64,000 bases of DNA from Oopsacas minuta (lineage: Eukaryota; Animalia; Porifera), in the NCBI GenBank assembly GCA_024704765.1, contig JAKMXF010000166.1, positions 522,743-586,742 on the forward strand. Direction: 5' to 3'. Shown here piece by piece: positions 36,100-49,324 of this stretch. The notes beneath the pieces are model-generated. The model was not told the origin of the DNA. It did not search any database and saw only the letters and a list, made by a program, of their open reading frames with translations. A program made the position numbers and the translations under genes. Position 1 is the first letter of the stretch. Every line of letters begins with the position of its first letter.

Positions 36100-38807
36100 A
36101 TGACTAAACTAATTAATATAAATGAGGAATGGGTATTGACAAATCTCCAACTCACACCAGATGAGGCATTCAAACAGGAGAGCATCAATCTATCAGGATC
36201 TTATACAGATAGAATTTTAAGTCTTGGCCGTAGTCTTATGAGCTTTCACAGTTTAGTTTCACTTGATTTATCTCGTAACATGCTACAAAGTCTAAAAGGG
36301 TTACACCACCTAAAACACCTACGGTCTCTCAACTTGTATTTAAATGATATATCAAATATAAAAGAGCTGTACAGATTGAGATCTAACAAGCAGCTGAGAG
36401 AAATTGATATTAGATTGAATCCTGTGACCAAGGCGGAGCCAGACTTCAGGTTAGTTACTAAAACTACGTACGTAATCTCTAAATTAATAATCTAACCATT
36501 TAATTACTAAAAGAAAATTCATACATGTTGTTGACGGCCTTCAGGTTCATCAATTTTTGATGGATCAAAAAGAAGAAGTCATCAAATTATAGACTTTATT
36601 CATCAAAATTTGCACATACGATTCACGTTCTTCTACTTGCTTTTAATAATAAAAATGTACACAAATATATAATACACAATCGCCGAAGATATCTGCACAA
36701 TTTAGCTTGTTTTGGCAAACTAAGTATTACTGAGTATCACATGTATTAGCATGGGAAAATAATTACGATTCATTTTATTAATATTATCACCAGGTACAAG
36801 AGAACATCCGACATTTTGCACTATTGGGACAATTTTGGACGATTTTAGGAATAAAGAATAATCATCGAAAGTGATTACCTAAAAATAAATCTCATCAAAC
36901 ATTTAAGGCTAAACCCTTATGACATGGAATCTCACCTCAATCTATGAAAATTATCCATACAGATTATATTATAATCATATTTTCTTATTTAGGTTGTTTC
37001 TAGTGTATATGCTACCACAGCTACGTAAGCTAGATGACAGAGGTGTGTACGAACAGGAGAGAGCAGCTGCACTCCTCCATTTCTCTTCAGATCAAGCTCA
37101 CAACTTTTCATTTAACTCCCCAGATGAAAATGACATGTCTTATGAGCTAAAGAATGCTAGCGAGTATCATACACACCCTAGAGTAAAAATGGTACAAAAT
37201 GCATTTCCACTCACTCACAGCGCTCTAGATGATGATGATGTCACTGTTTTAGACCTTCTCTCTAAGAGCCGTATTGACGCGGCACCACCTCCAGTGACCT
37301 CAAGCGAGCCCGTTGTAGTTGGTAACCCGTTCACTGAGATCGAAGAGAGAATACAATCTCGACTGAATATTAATTCTAACATGGGACAAGTGTTTGCTAG
37401 TTTTTTAACAGACATCACTAATGTTATTAGATGTCATTGGCCGAATAAAGTAACAGTTAGTTTTGTAGATGATTTGAATGAAGTTGTGGAAAAGAATTTC
37501 CTTGACTTTTCAGAGAAAGAAGATGGAATATCTAGGAGAGAGGAGGAGTGGCAGAAGGAACAGAGGAGTTTAGAACAAAGAGTAGAGATAGCCGAGAGAG
37601 AGCAGAGAGGTTAGGCTGATAAGCCAAGTCATAAATTTAATATTATTAATGGCATAATTACATAAATTTGATTTCCTTGTCAGTATCCGAATACTGACAC
37701 TGAATAGTGTATTAATAATTATATAATTATGCCTAATTAATACAAACACGGTATGTAATTACGGAGATGTGACAAGCTTAATACTGCGCCGGGTCGGTCT
37801 GCCAGATCCTGGGACCTCTCCGAATCTCTGAGGAGCCTTGGATAGAATGTCAAGCTCATAAGTAGATGAATAATTATGCACTATCCTATACAGCACATTC
37901 TTAACATGTTTACTATTTGTAGATCATCAAGTCAAGCTGAGAGAATTAGAAGAGGAGAACAGTAATCTGAGAAGTGTGGAGAATGAGATTTCTCCTATGA
38001 AAGAAGCTTTTTCTCAGTTCAAAGGAGAAAACAAACATCTGCAGGAAAAAGTAATTTGTCTTTACGAGCCCTTATTGTAATTATAAACTCGATTGCAATC
38101 ATTGCATATTATAAATTGAAAATTACTTAAGTACGAGTATTTTAGTTGCTAGGTAATAGATTCAATATTTCGATTTTAATGTTATAAGTCTAGTCAGTAC
38201 GTAGGCATTAATAGGGTTTATAAGAGAAATCCCTCAATCCAAATAATGACTGCTTCATCAGAATCCTTTTGAAAACTGAAAATATATAATACTGAATACA
38301 CAATAGCTTATGTTTATATTTGAAAATCTATTGATACGCACCAGATTATCATTGGAGCCTGGTCTCTATAAACATTTCTACTTGTTAAGTTGCCACATAT
38401 AATATCCATCGTTATAAGCAAGATGATGTCTAACCTAGACTCCAATTGTATTAAATTTAGTAATTATTGTTTGATTTTCATAGATAAAGATACAAGAGAG
38501 TCGCATACAAGATATGAATGTAAGAATGATAGCATATGATAAAGATAGGTCAAACTTGGAGAATTCTATAGAAGAGAAGAGAAAACAATTGGAAGATAAT
38601 TTGGCATCTCTCAAAGAAATAAGAGGATTGGCTGCTATGCTACGTGAAACTCATCAGGCTCTTACTTCAAATAACAACTTCCTTTTGCAAGAAAATAGTC
38701 AACTAAAAGAAAGACATGAACAGGAAATTAATCAAATGCATTTCAGTTATCAACAGCTGAGAAAATCATTTGATGTATGGAAAGAAGCAAATAAACAAAG
38801 TAACTAA
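36100..38807 (+). CDS. CEP72: Centrosomal protein CEP72 (LRRC36/CEP72 family), 4 exons (36100-36449, 36993-37609, 37923-38050, 38484-38807; 472 aa)
   Basis: LRR plus LRRcap (SLDLSRN..LNLYLNDI..RLNPVTKAEPDFRLFLVYMLPQLRKLDDR) and a C-terminal coiled coil. GT-AG introns give a continuous 1419-nt frame. Confidence 0.85.
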
Positions 38808-40078
38808 TAATTTCATAATTCAAACAGATAATATTATTAAATAATAGCGTTGTGAGAGAGTTTGAAATTATCAGTTATAATATATTTCAATTTTCGCATA
38901 TAATAGCAGCCCAGGTCAAAGCTAGATACCTAAACAAAACGGTACCCGATAGCACCCAGGGTTCTCCTAGAATAATCACAATATATTTATGGGAGGGCTA
39001 TAATTTAGTGAGGGATTATTTTGGAAGAAATCAACAGGGATTCAACCCTCACTTGTTTTTGCTTTAGTGTAAAAACTATAAACACATATGCTTTAATATC
39101 ATGTAAATAGACGTAGATATCAAAGGACAGGTCAATGATCATATTGTGAAGATAATTTCCAAGTTAAAAGTTGCAAAGATAAAATCATTATTAAACTAAA
39201 GCATAACATTCTAATCACTAAGGCACTGGCACTGCATGTACCATGGATGGATTAATGCCGTTCAATGTGGATTTTGTAAAAATGTGTTTAGCATCAAATA
39301 TATCATTTAAATGCAAAAATGGTAGGATTGGAATATGTTCTTGACTATGTTAACTCAATATTACCCAATCAAATCGCAATAAGAATAAATTTTGAGAATA
39401 TAATAGCTTTTTACTGTGCCGACAATTACTATAACATAGTGGCTCAGTTCTATAATGGTTGACTTAGTATATATGAGATTCTTATTGACAATTTTAAGGT
39501 AAATTACAAACAAATTTACAGTTCAACAACCACAACAACAACATCAACAATAGCAGTACACATCTAGTATATTGAATTGTAATGAGTAATGAGGTTAAGT
39601 ACACATCTAGTATAGTAGTTTAATTGTATTGAGGGAATTGTGGAGAATTATCCGAGGCCTTGTGAGTATCACCAGGTCAGCTATAAGAATAAGTATAACA
39701 TAGTTCCCAAATGACCCACATTTGAGCATCAAAACCCGCTGACTTGACTCCCGAGGGTAGGCGACAAATTCGCATTTTTGGGTTTAATCCTGCAAATGCA
39801 AGCAAATTGCCTTATTTCCAAGGTTGTTACCGAATAGTTTAATAATTGGTTGGACCAAACATATTTGCCAATTACAAGTAGTTGAGTATTTGGTTGGCTC
39901 ATAAATATCAGTATCCGGTGTTCTGTTAGTCAAACAAATATCTTTGTTTGAGGAAATATTTTTCCCAAACACCGAAATAACTCTTGATAGAATACAATTA
40001 GCTCATCACTATACTTTAAAGTTTAAATCGCATAATTATCTTCATTTTCCAATATGTTTCTCTTGAATTATAGATATA

Positions 40079-40243
40079 CGGTAGAGTCTCGTTAATACGA
40101 ACACGGTTAAGGAGTACAACTTTCTACACTTTATCAGTCCCCTTCGATGCCTTTTCAATGTAAATTAGTTCGGGTAATTCGTACTCCTTATCAGGAGTAC
40201 GAATTTTGCAGTCCCTGGTGTACGTATTAACGAGAGTCTACTG
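40079..40243. mobile_element. pogo/Tigger-type MITE, 165 bp, TA TSD
   Basis: TA|CGGTAGAGTCTCGTTAATACG ... CGTATTAACGAGAGTCTACTG|TA. Internal perfect hairpin TTCGTACTCCT-TATC-AGGAGTACGAA. Confidence 0.85.
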
Positions 40244-41369
40244 TAGATATTCGCACTAAGTAACAAAGGCATGAGCAAGCATATAAAGTTTTTACTTATA
40301 ATTTCAGAGGTGTCTATATTCATAAAAGTTTCGCAAATAATATTCACATAATTCAATAACGACAAGTGTTGGTAACATAGTGCCATTATTATTTAAGGAT
40401 TTGCTTAGAGCCTACAATTATTAGAATTCCCTCATCACAAAATACAAATTAGAGATCGTGGTTCAAAGTTAGAGGTCCCAAGGTCCCTCTAATATGGCTT
40501 AAAAACACTGAAGTGAAGCTCTAATATACTCTATCTAATTAATGAAGTTATCTAATCTAATCCAGCATTTCAACCAAAATTTACTACTTGCCCAATAAAA
40601 TCTATCCATGAATCGTTTGAGCACAACAGGGCTGGAGCAGAGCATGGAGGGTTTGTGTACAAAGCTAGTACGACATTTGTGTACAAACACTACGATGCAT
40701 TTATACATACAGTGCGACAATTATGAACAGAGGCCTTTTGCCTTGGATGTTTTCAGGTATTTTAACGTAATATTCGAGTTCTTTTCGAGAGTATTATCCT
40801 TGGGTTAGTGGACAGGAAGCCTTGGATGTTGTTTCAGTGTATTTTAACTCATTATTCGAGTTCCAGGGAAGAAACTTCTGTAATTGATATCTGTATACAG
40901 ACGTCACACTAGCTTTATTCACAAATGTCCTAGCAGAGTTACTGGAAATTCTAATCAAGGATTCAAACTGTAATGTTATAATCAAATATCTAGATTATAC
41001 TTAATTTTAGATCAGTGCTGTATCTATTTTCGGATTCTCATAGTGTGTGAATTTATATTTATAATATTCAATTCAATCTACGGAAATAAATTTGACGTAG
41101 CTAGTAGGAATTGATTGAATAAATTAACCCATAGTTTGGCGATTCCCTCAAATGAGTCATATCCTCTGTATAAGGATGACACTAAAGCACCTCTCACATC
41201 TCTGTAACTTTGGAAAATGAGAATGTTGGGATACGATGCTCTTAGCTCTTGTAATTAGAATTACAACCTGATACCACCAAATCATCTTCGTTTCAATCAA
41301 AAATGAGTATTCAAGTAATAAAGTCAACAAGTAAATCGGTAAAAATGTTAGTGAAGTTTTATGCATATA

Positions 41370-41552
41370 CAGTAGACTCTCGTTAATACGTACGCCAGGG
41401 TACTGCCCAAATTCGTACTCCTTATCAGGAGTACGTATTATTCGAACTAATTACATTGAAAAGGCATACAAGGGGACTGATAAAGTGGCCAAATTTGTAC
41501 TCCTTATCCGGAGTTACGCCTTAACCGTGTTCGTATTAACGAGACTCTACTC
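41370..41552. mobile_element. Second copy of the same MITE, 183 bp, inverted relative to the 40079 copy
   Basis: TA|CAGTAGACTCTCGTTAATACG ... CGTATTAACGAGACTCTACTC|TA, with the same internal hairpin. Confidence 0.85.
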
Positions 41553-41557
41553 TAGTG

Positions 41558-41756
41558 TAAAGACTACCATACAGGATGCAACGAAATTGCACGCAAAGAA
41601 TTGCATCGTGTATGGTTAATTTTCCAACTAATCAGTTTTTGGAATTTTGAGGCAATTTATTGCAACGTGTATGATTTGTTAAGAGTTGAATGGAAATTGT
41701 AATATGTTTCTGTTCTATTTTAATGAAACATTATTGCAACGTGTATAGTAGCTTAA
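41558..41756. mobile_element. Putative MITE (possibly PIF/Harbinger-type)
   Basis: TAAAGACTACCATACAGGATGCAAC versus the reverse complement of the right end, TTAAGCTACTATACACGTTGCAAT. TTGCA.CGTGTAT occurs three times. Confidence 0.45.
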
Positions 41757-42110
41757 TATATTTATACTATACAGTATTTTAGTGAAAATTTGGCGCCTCA
41801 AAACCAGCCAATCAAATTCGAGTATTCAGTACAGTATTGGTAACCCGAATTAAAGGTAGTGCTAGTGCCTTAGTGTGTTAGAATGCTATCCTAAAAGGTG
41901 TTACTGAAATAATAATAAATTATATCAGTATGAGCGAAGAGAATACAACTTAAAGTTTCTGTTATTGAGTAATAAAGTTAAATACTCATTTAGCGCGCCT
42001 TTGATTAGAAATCGATTACATTCCAATAATAAGATAAGATGAATTATCTCACATAATTTCGAGCATAGACAGTAGACAGTAATATACACAGTAAATATTG
42101 AGAGATTTAT

Positions 42111-44195
42111 CTATGAAATACGAGGTAAGCTAGCACAACCAAATTTATCGTTCCACTGTATATACACATCTAGATCGGTCTCAGATACGCTAGGCTTGAC
42201 AAGCGAGAGAGCGCTGATAAAATCTTCATAAGTTATAGGTCTGACCTGTTCCTTTGAGACTTGAAATATGTCTGCTACATCTAAGGACCTAATAGGTCCC
42301 AGTGCTGCTTCTTTGCACAAGTTAGTCATGTCTGCTCCAGAGAAACCAGAAGTCTTTTCTACTATACCGATAAAATCCTGTTCCGTGAGAGAATGAGATT
42401 GTTCTGACATCAATCGTGATGTGATTGTCCTCCTAGCCATCTGGTTGGGTAGAGGGATGTAGAGTCGTTTGGATAGTCTCCGTCTTGCTGCTTCATCTAT
42501 TTCTTGTGGTCTATTCGTAGCTCCCACCACTAATATCCTATCCTCACTCTGAGTAGTAGCTCCGTCTAATTGAACCAAGAACTCAGTCTTAATTCTACGC
42601 GAGGACTCATGTTCATTATCAGATCTCTGAGTTAGAATAGAGTCAATCTCGTCTATGAATATGACAGCTGGTTGATGATGCTTGGCTATTGTGAATAAAG
42701 CACGTACCATCTTCTCTCCCTCACCCACCCACTTAGAGGTTAGCGAGGAAGCAGAGATGCTGAAGAAGGTAGCACCTGCTTGACTAGCAATGCATTTACC
42801 GATTAGAGTTTTGCCAGTGCCTGGAGGACCAAACAACAATATTCCTTTTGGAGGCCCTCTTAGCCCTGTGAAGATATCAGGACGTAACATCGGCCAAACT
42901 ATGATTTCTTTTATAGTCCCTTTAGCAAACTCAAGCCCTGCTATGTCATCCCAATGTACTGGAGGTCCATTATCCACTATTTCCCTTATTATCATCTCAA
43001 CAAGTTTAGGATCCAGAGCTTTCAGATATTCGTCTTGTTTAGTGTTTGTATTAATTCCATATTGAGTAGCTTCTAGGGTTCCATTTCGAGAGATGGGAGG
43101 TATAAACTTGGTACTTAAGCCTGATCTGTTACAAAACGGCTTCTGAATCTGATTTACATCTGACAGGTTCTGCTGTTTGCTAACTGGTATCTTCCCCAGA
43201 GCTGATACAAAGAGAGAGTTAGTAGCAGGAGCAGTAGAGGTGTTTTCTTCTTCCTCAGAAGATTCAGACTCGTACTTTCTGCGATATCTATTACGATAGT
43301 TATTATTAGTTTTCAGTCTTTTCGCTCTCTCTTTAGGGGGTATATAGTACTCTTCATCGTAATCCTTCACTAGCTTTGTGCCGTGACGAGATGCATTGTT
43401 AGTGGAGTTTGATTCTCTTTGACTCTCATGGAATTTCTTTAGACTACTAGTAGAGCTAATTGTTGGAGCTTCAATCGGATGGTAGTTCAGCTGCTCAGCT
43501 AGAGAGGGTATGTGTCTGGGAGGTTGAAATGTACTTATCACCATTTTCGAGGCTATATCTGGATAAACAGGCTGAGTGCTTGAAGCGAGGATTTCTGATT
43601 TAGTACTATCTAGTTCTGTATGACCAGTGCAATCAGGATCTATATCTATAATCTGAGTAGGGAGTTGGGAGTTTACCTTACCTTTGTTATTTCCTATCTT
43701 ACGTTTTCTAAGAATATTTCCAGGCAATTTTTGATGAATGCCTTTCTTGTCAGTATCTTCATATTCCTTTTCTGTTTCTCCAACTGTGTTAGTTTCTCCT
43801 TCGTTATCTTGTTGAGTACATTCATGTCTCTCATCTAAGAGATCGGGTTTATTTTTAGATTTAATTTGTATTCCTTCTGTTAGATTTTCTTTCATTGCAT
43901 TTACTTTCTCTAAAGTCAATTCGCTCTGCCAATACACTTTATACGATTGTTGAGGTTCAAAGAAATCTTGATTTACTGGAAGGTCATATTTAATTTTTCT
44001 TATCAATTCTTTATAATTTTCAAGAGATTTATCTAACAATTCTTTACAAATATTTGAATTAGCTTCATGAGGAGTTGGTTGATTTGAGTAACGAATATTT
44101 ATCCTGTTGTTTCTAATCTTTACAAATTGGACTTGCGACTTTTTCTTGCTCTGGAGTGGTTTGGAGTCTTGATAATCAGTAGTATCATCCTCCAT
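42111..44195 (-). CDS. FIGNL1: Fidgetin-like protein 1 (AAA+ ATPase)
   Basis: Walker A GPPGTGKT, Walker [54 protein letters not shown], and a Vps4_C tail ..WNDKFG. Single exon, 694 aa. Confidence 0.93.
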   Translation of the reverse strand: MEDDTTDYQDSKPLQSKKKSQVQFVKIRNNRINIRYSNQPTPHEANSNICKELLDKSLENYKELIRKIKYDLPVNQDFFEPQQSYKVYWQSELTLEKVNAMKENLTEGIQIKSKNKPDLLDERHECTQQDNEGETNTVGETEKEYEDTDKKGIHQKLPGNILRKRKIGNNKGKVNSQLPTQIIDIDPDCTGHTELDSTKSEILASSTQPVYPDIASKMVISTFQPPRHIPSLAEQLNYHPIEAPTISSTSSLKKFHESQRESNSTNNASRHGTKLVKDYDEEYYIPPKERAKRLKTNNNYRNRYRRKYESESSEEEENTSTAPATNSLFVSALGKIPVSKQQNLSDVNQIQKPFCNRSGLSTKFIPPISRNGTLEATQYGINTNTKQDEYLKALDPKLVEMIIREIVDNGPPVHWDDIAGLEFAKGTIKEIIVWPMLRPDIFTGLRGPPKGILLFGPPGTGKTLIGKCIASQAGATFFSISASSLTSKWVGEGEKMVRALFTIAKHHQPAVIFIDEIDSILTQRSDNEHESSRRIKTEFLVQLDGATTQSEDRILVVGATNRPQEIDEAARRRLSKRLYIPLPNQMARRTITSRLMSEQSHSLTEQDFIGIVEKTSGFSGADMTNLCKEAALGPIRSLDVADIFQVSKEQVRPITYEDFISALSLVKPSVSETDLDVYIQWNDKFGCASLPRIS

Positions 44196-45313
44196 TTATC
44201 TAAATTTTATAAACTTAATTGGTTAAAATTGACTTAATTAAAGAATGACAAATCATAAAATGTCCACCCGACAGACTGGGAGAGCAGCTCGTAGTATCCA
44301 TGTTTCCCTCAAGCCGCGAAACCATAGACCATGTTTCCCTTACAATTGACTAGCCCAAACGAGAAATTGGAATTTGACCCACACTAAACACTAATACACA
44401 TGCATAGAAGAGATTAGTTATTGCAAAGTTTACATGCAAACGAACCGAAACACAAATTAGACAAATAAAGTCTCATTGCAACAAATCAAATTGTGCGTAA
44501 ATAAATATTTTTAATATTTATCGTAAAGTGGTGAAAATATAATTAATCATACAATACAAATTCCGACCCAAAATGTATGCTAACCAATTTTCATGTTAAT
44601 CGGACCGCTAGATTTCGCACCGTACGGACAGATGGTATTCCTTGAAATTTATTAACTTATGGAAATCTGAGTCATTACCTGCACCAGTGGCTGAACAGGG
44701 TATTTATTTCCCCTGGCACAATAAGACATCTAACAAACCATAATTTGACCCTAAATCTAAACATATTTAATAAGTAAATACACATTTTAGTCATTTCATA
44801 TTTAGTAATGTATCTCCAGTCAACACCCGGTAACAACTCAAACCTCAGTGGAAATCAAAATCGGTTCGAGTTAGTGGATAGCCTCCATTTAAGGTCCCAA
44901 TATCCCTGCGACACACTAGAATGATTAAAAGCTAAAATTTCTATTGCTTTTTCAGTTTTTTATGATCTTTCCAAAAATGCAATAAAAAACACTTATCAAA
45001 TTATTCAAAAATTACATTCTTAATTAAAATCTGTTCGAAAAATCGAATGTTAAGAGCTATCGGATGTGATAAGAACTAAAACAACGAAAGAAGTGTACAT
45101 TCGTTCGAAATAACGAATTTCGAGTTAACCAGCATTCGAGATAACGAATGGTTTATCCTTATAAACCGAATAGTAAAACTAGGGGAAAGGAAATTCGTTC
45201 GAGGTACCGGATGTTGAGTCTCCCCGGGACCGATACTGTAGCCACAGCTAAAAATAAATATGTGAAATCACCAATTAACACCATGATTGTATCAATGCAA
45301 ATATGATAGTGAG

Positions 45314-45733
45314 TTATGAGTTTGTTGTTCTCCCTCTACCTCTAGCCATATACCCTCCCCTCCCTCCCCTGCCTCCTCTCCCACTAGGTGCTCCCCTCAC
45401 CCCAGCACCACCCCTTCCACTTCCTCTTGTTCTTGGACCGTCTCTCCCACCCATACGTGGCTTTTTGATGGCAGACACAACCTGGCTATCTTCTTTTACC
45501 ATGTCTAACACTTCGTCTGGTATTCGTATATATTTTATTGTTGTACCACGGATGTACACCTCTTGCATCCGCCAAAATTTATCCCCATCTTTTGAAGTAC
45601 AAATAACATCTCTTAAGTGAATATTCATCCACGCGTCGACCGCAACCAAATTACCATTATAAGTTTCTCCATTTTTCAGTTCGACTAGAATTGAGTGGCC
45701 TTGAGCAACTTTCAGTAGAGTTAGTGGTAACAT
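45314..45733 (-). CDS. LSM4: U6 snRNA-associated Sm-like protein LSm4
   Basis: [61 protein letters not shown] plus an RG-rich tail. Single exon. Confidence 0.97.
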   Translation of the reverse strand: MLPLTLLKVAQGHSILVELKNGETYNGNLVAVDAWMNIHLRDVICTSKDGDKFWRMQEVYIRGTTIKYIRIPDEVLDMVKEDSQVVSAIKKPRMGGRDGPRTRGSGRGGAGVRGAPSGRGGRGGRGGYMARGRGRTTNS

Positions 45734-45849
45734 AGCTAGATTGGGATGATAAGTTAAATAAAATAAATTTTTTTAAATTTGTGTATTTTATAAACCTAAA
45801 CAATAACAGATATTCGCAATCTGTTGTGAATTCGAATTCAGGCTACTTG

Positions 45850-45977
45850 CAAGATTACCATTGTTTGTGTACTTTATATTCATAAAAACAACAATATATA
45901 TATATATATATAACTAATTCAAAAGTGGGAAATTCAGAACAGCATATTCGATATATTTGTCAGGTTTTATTGAATTA
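45850..45977 (-). mobile_element. Internal Helitron fragment abutting the 3' end of another copy
   Basis: The reverse complement matches 35066-35190 (TTCAATAAAAC..ATATATCGAATATGCT..TTGAATTA..TATAAAGTA). Confidence 0.6.
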
Positions 45978-46150
45978 CTAGCACGCTTCGCTTGCTCGCG
46001 CTCCGCGGCTTGCGAACATTGTATTCGTATTAGGCTCGGCACTTCGTTCATAGAATTAACTAAAGAATATAGTACAGCATATTCAGGATACGTTGGTGAT
46101 AAATTCATATTTGGAATCAGCGTACCCGATTACCCCCAGTATAACTGTTG
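45978..46150 (-). mobile_element. Helitron 3' end (hairpin plus CTAG)
   Basis: Plus-strand CTAGCACGCTTCGCTTGCTCGCGCT, and ATCAGCGTACCCGATTACCCCAGTATAAC shared with the 3076 and 21766 copies. Confidence 0.7.
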
Positions 46151-46764
46151 AAAGCAACTTTCTAGGATTAATTAGAAAATTGTTTACTTATTCAGTAGAA
46201 CCTTGTTAGTACTTACACGATCGGAGAATCGAATTTGTACTGCTTATCAGGAGTGCGTATTACCAGAGCAATATCAATTGAAAATAATTGTAGCTACATG
46301 ATTTTGTGTAAATATTTGTTCGCACTAGCTTTGTACACAATTGTTATACTCACTAATAATCGTTGTACGCAGTATGTAGAAATTCAAATATTCAAATAAT
46401 ATATAGTATGTACAATTCTGCTTGTAATAGATTGTATTTCGAAAGAATTTTTGACAATCCACCTAGTTAATACATTTATTTAGTAAACTTTTCTGAACCG
46501 AGAACTGTAGTCTCATCACAGAAAAAGAATGGCCAAAAGAACACTTAAATATAAGGACAGGTAACCATAAAAAAGATTGTACTCCTTAAAGAAGGACATC
46601 TGACCACCCTGGTATTAGGATTGTAAATATTGTAAATATTGTAAAGATTATTATTTAATTTCTCTAAACTAATTGGCGAACCAATAATACTCTAATCATC
46701 ATCTATTACATACCCTAGAATGCAGTTAACTAAATATTGAATATTAATGAACTACCAAAGATTG

Positions 46765-47358
46765 TTATAAAGCGTGAGAGTCATCTTCTCCATCTTGCAG
46801 CCTCATTCTCTCAGCTTTCTTCTGAGCTGCCCTCTCCTCACGCTTCACCTTAGTGGCCTTTGCCTTATCTCTCCTGGCTTGAGCTTGATCTGCTTGTAGC
46901 TTAGCTCGGACATCCTCTGCTTTCTTCTTGTGTATGTGCTCCATCAGAACTCTCTTATTCTTGAATATGTTACCTTTCGCCCTGAGGTATAGCTTATGAT
47001 AAAGGTGACAATCAATCTTTTTATTTGCACGGTATTTCTTGAGAAGCCTTCTAAGAATTCTCTGTCTCCTCATCCAAATTACTTTTTCTGGCATCCTAGC
47101 ATTTGCGGTTCCCTTCCTTTTGCCACGCCCCATGTGACGTCCCTTTCCTTTCGCTTCGGCTCTAATACGTACACGAGCGCGACTGTGAATAACTTCTGGT
47201 TTTTGAATAATCAGTCCATCTTTCACAAGTTTTCGAATATTTTGCCGCGAATTAGCGTTTGCTATTTCGCTGTTTTCATTGGGGTCTAGCCAAACCTTCC
47301 GTTTCCCACACTTGAGGACACTTGAAGCTAAACGTTTCTGTAGACGGAGGTTACTCAT
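46765..47358 (-). CDS. RPL19: 60S ribosomal protein L19 (eL19), 197 aa
   Basis: [57 protein letters not shown]. The ATG is at 47358; the TTG extension in the ORF track is spurious. Single exon. Confidence 0.97.
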   Translation of the reverse strand: MSNLRLQKRLASSVLKCGKRKVWLDPNENSEIANANSRQNIRKLVKDGLIIQKPEVIHSRARVRIRAEAKGKGRHMGRGKRKGTANARMPEKVIWMRRQRILRRLLKKYRANKKIDCHLYHKLYLRAKGNIFKNKRVLMEHIHKKKAEDVRAKLQADQAQARRDKAKATKVKREERAAQKKAERMRLQDGEDDSHAL

Positions 47359-47402
47359 AGTATTTCTAACAATATATGTAAATCTCAAAATAGATATACG
47401 TA

Positions 47403-47552
47403 TAGTCAACTCCCTGTACATCGAAGTTCAGGGCCGCGATATTTACTTCGAAAACCCGATGGATTATACGTTACTTTAATGGTTAGGAAGGGAATTGGAA
47501 CCATATTTGTACAATTTCTGACTTCGATATAAGCAGGCAGGGTTTCATACAG
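47403..47552. mobile_element. Degenerate pogo/Tigger-type MITE just upstream of RPL19
   Basis: TA|TAGTCAACTCCCTGTACATCGAAGT ... ACTTCGATATAAG. The right end is decayed. Confidence 0.5.
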
Positions 47553-48631
47553 TATCTTTCTGGGGGGTGGGAAGAATATCAGGATTACCGAGATCGAATG
47601 ATTATTTAGTATTGAGTTCTGGCCTATAGGCCTATACCCAAGATTCTTATCATAATTGTCAAGCCTCGCGGATCAAAATGAGACTCATGAATTCGAACAC
47701 AATCTCACTTTGGGAATTTTAAGTTATTACAGTGATTCATAATGTAATAGGTAATCTACACTAATAAGCTATTAAGGTGGGTAGAATTCCTATTAGTCAT
47801 CTATTTCATTTCAAAAGACTGGAATCTCACGGATAGATTTTACAAAAGTTGACAACTATGACTGCTGCTCGTTAGAGCAATTTCATATTTTATGATATTG
47901 TTGGAACCATCCACATATAGAGAAATAGTGTGTAATTATATCGTGTGCTGAAAATTTTAGATAATATTTGGTAAAATGTTTGCTGGGAATAGATAAGTGA
48001 GTAATGGCAGAAGAATTCTAAAATTAATAAGCTGTGCTTCCCCTTATTCGGACGCCTAGAGTAAGTTTTGGAGAGTCATATCTGATTCAACAAGTGCATC
48101 AGTATCTGAGAAGTTCGATAATTAACTAATTTGAGAAGAAGATCTCCATTTCAAAAGCTAGACCAAGCTCTAAACTGCCAATCAAACAATCTGGAGGTAA
48201 TCTGGCATCCGATAATATTTCCTGGAAGCCTGGACACTAATCCGAGTAAAGTAAAGTCCTGGGCATTTTTGGCCTCCCCGGACCAATTTTTAGGAGACCA
48301 AAGGGTACGGGGATGCGGACTACGCCCATGATTACACCCCAAGTCACCAACCACGGCTAGTTAGTAATTAGCTAATTGCTGTGTACAGTGTACACATAAT
48401 TAATGCTACATAGCACCACTGGGCGCAACATTATTATTTCGATAGTGCATAAACTCGGGAACCGAAACCTTTTCAAAATTAAAATAACTGAAATATATGT
48501 AAACATTATATTACGCCTTTATATACAAGTAAAAGCATATAAACAAATTAACAAACAATAAAAAAGTTTACAAGCCATATAAAATATGTTTATTCATAAG
48601 TATAAATAATCCATTGATTCTTGAGGACGTG

Positions 48632-49324
48632 CTACACCATCGCTAATGCTATATTGGTAGCATCTGCAATAGGTCCAGAACCATGCTTCTTCCGTTGATA
48701 ATATACTGTACCTCTGATAATGTATAATACGGTAAGGATAAGAAGGATTAATACTGTAATCCAAGAAGAACTTTGTGATGCATTTAGTGTATCGAATACT
48801 TCATAATTAGAACCTGTTGTTATTGTCTCCCAAATTCCTGAACCACAGGCTTGTGCGGACTTTGAATCCGCCATTTCACTACTGGCAATGTTTATGCAAG
48901 ATGAAATGAAACCGAATGTAATAATACAGGCGTTAGAGAGTGCAAACAATAAGATTATGCCACTGAGAACTGCAATGATTATTTCCACACAGCTAAGATT
49001 AACACCCATAAAAATTTTGATAGCGTGGTATAACATGAATCCGAGAGTAGTTACTCCAACTAAACATGGAGCTATTATTGTGAATATACAAATTTCACTA
49101 CCGTAGGCATCAAAAATTGGTTGATTGTCTACGAAATGAATAAATAGTGTACATTCTCCAAGCTTTGATACCGCTGTAGATGAAACAGGAATTATTCCCA
49201 TAGTTAGAAGAGTAATACAATTGCATACCAAAACAGCTACCCAACCAATCAGCAATACAAAATCAGCTATTCTACCTGGAGTAGATTTCTTAATCACAAA
49301 AGCAAGTAATCTTCTGTAGCACAT
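48632..49324 (-). CDS. TMEM179: TMEM179-like four-TM protein
   Basis: Four hydrophobic segments with the TMEM179 pattern G.C.LF, C.F, ITFGF...C, C..., and Y..L.ASQ..SW. Single exon, 230 aa. Confidence 0.6.
   Translation of the reverse strand: MCYRRLLAFVIKKSTPGRIADFVLLIGWVAVLVCNCITLLTMGIIPVSSTAVSKLGECTLFIHFVDNQPIFDAYGSEICIFTIIAPCLVGVTTLGFMLYHAIKIFMGVNLSCVEIIIAVLSGIILLFALSNACIITFGFISSCINIASSEMADSKSAQACGSGIWETITTGSNYEVFDTLNASQSSSWITVLILLILTVLYIIRGTVYYQRKKHGSGPIADATNIALAMV

Noticed and set aside
2-38807. Ciliary gene cluster (Dpy-30-like, RSPH10B, CEP72)
   Set aside because: The three genes are separated by many unrelated genes, so the grouping is compatible with chance.
40608-40808. 66-aa ORF and other 60-90 aa intergenic ORFs (1182, 4298, 4850, 23432, 23951, 26595, 27599, 31370, 35205, 60960, 62157)
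   Set aside because: No recognisable motifs. Several overlap TE fragments, and the lengths are expected by chance with alternative starts.
45303-45620. Proline-rich antisense ORF, and other overlapping short ORFs (421-639, 7672-7875, 20206-20481, 30379-30711, 42790-43065 etc.)
   Set aside because: These are shadow frames of conserved genes on the other strand or frame, with no independent motifs.
47359-47421. N-terminal extensions from TTG/GTG starts in the ORF track (RPL19, actin 30662, PRORP 24904, CEP72 36097, PANTS-like 59609)
   Set aside because: Each has a downstream ATG matching the expected family N-terminus or the first in-frame ATG. The extensions are artefacts of bacterial-style start calling.
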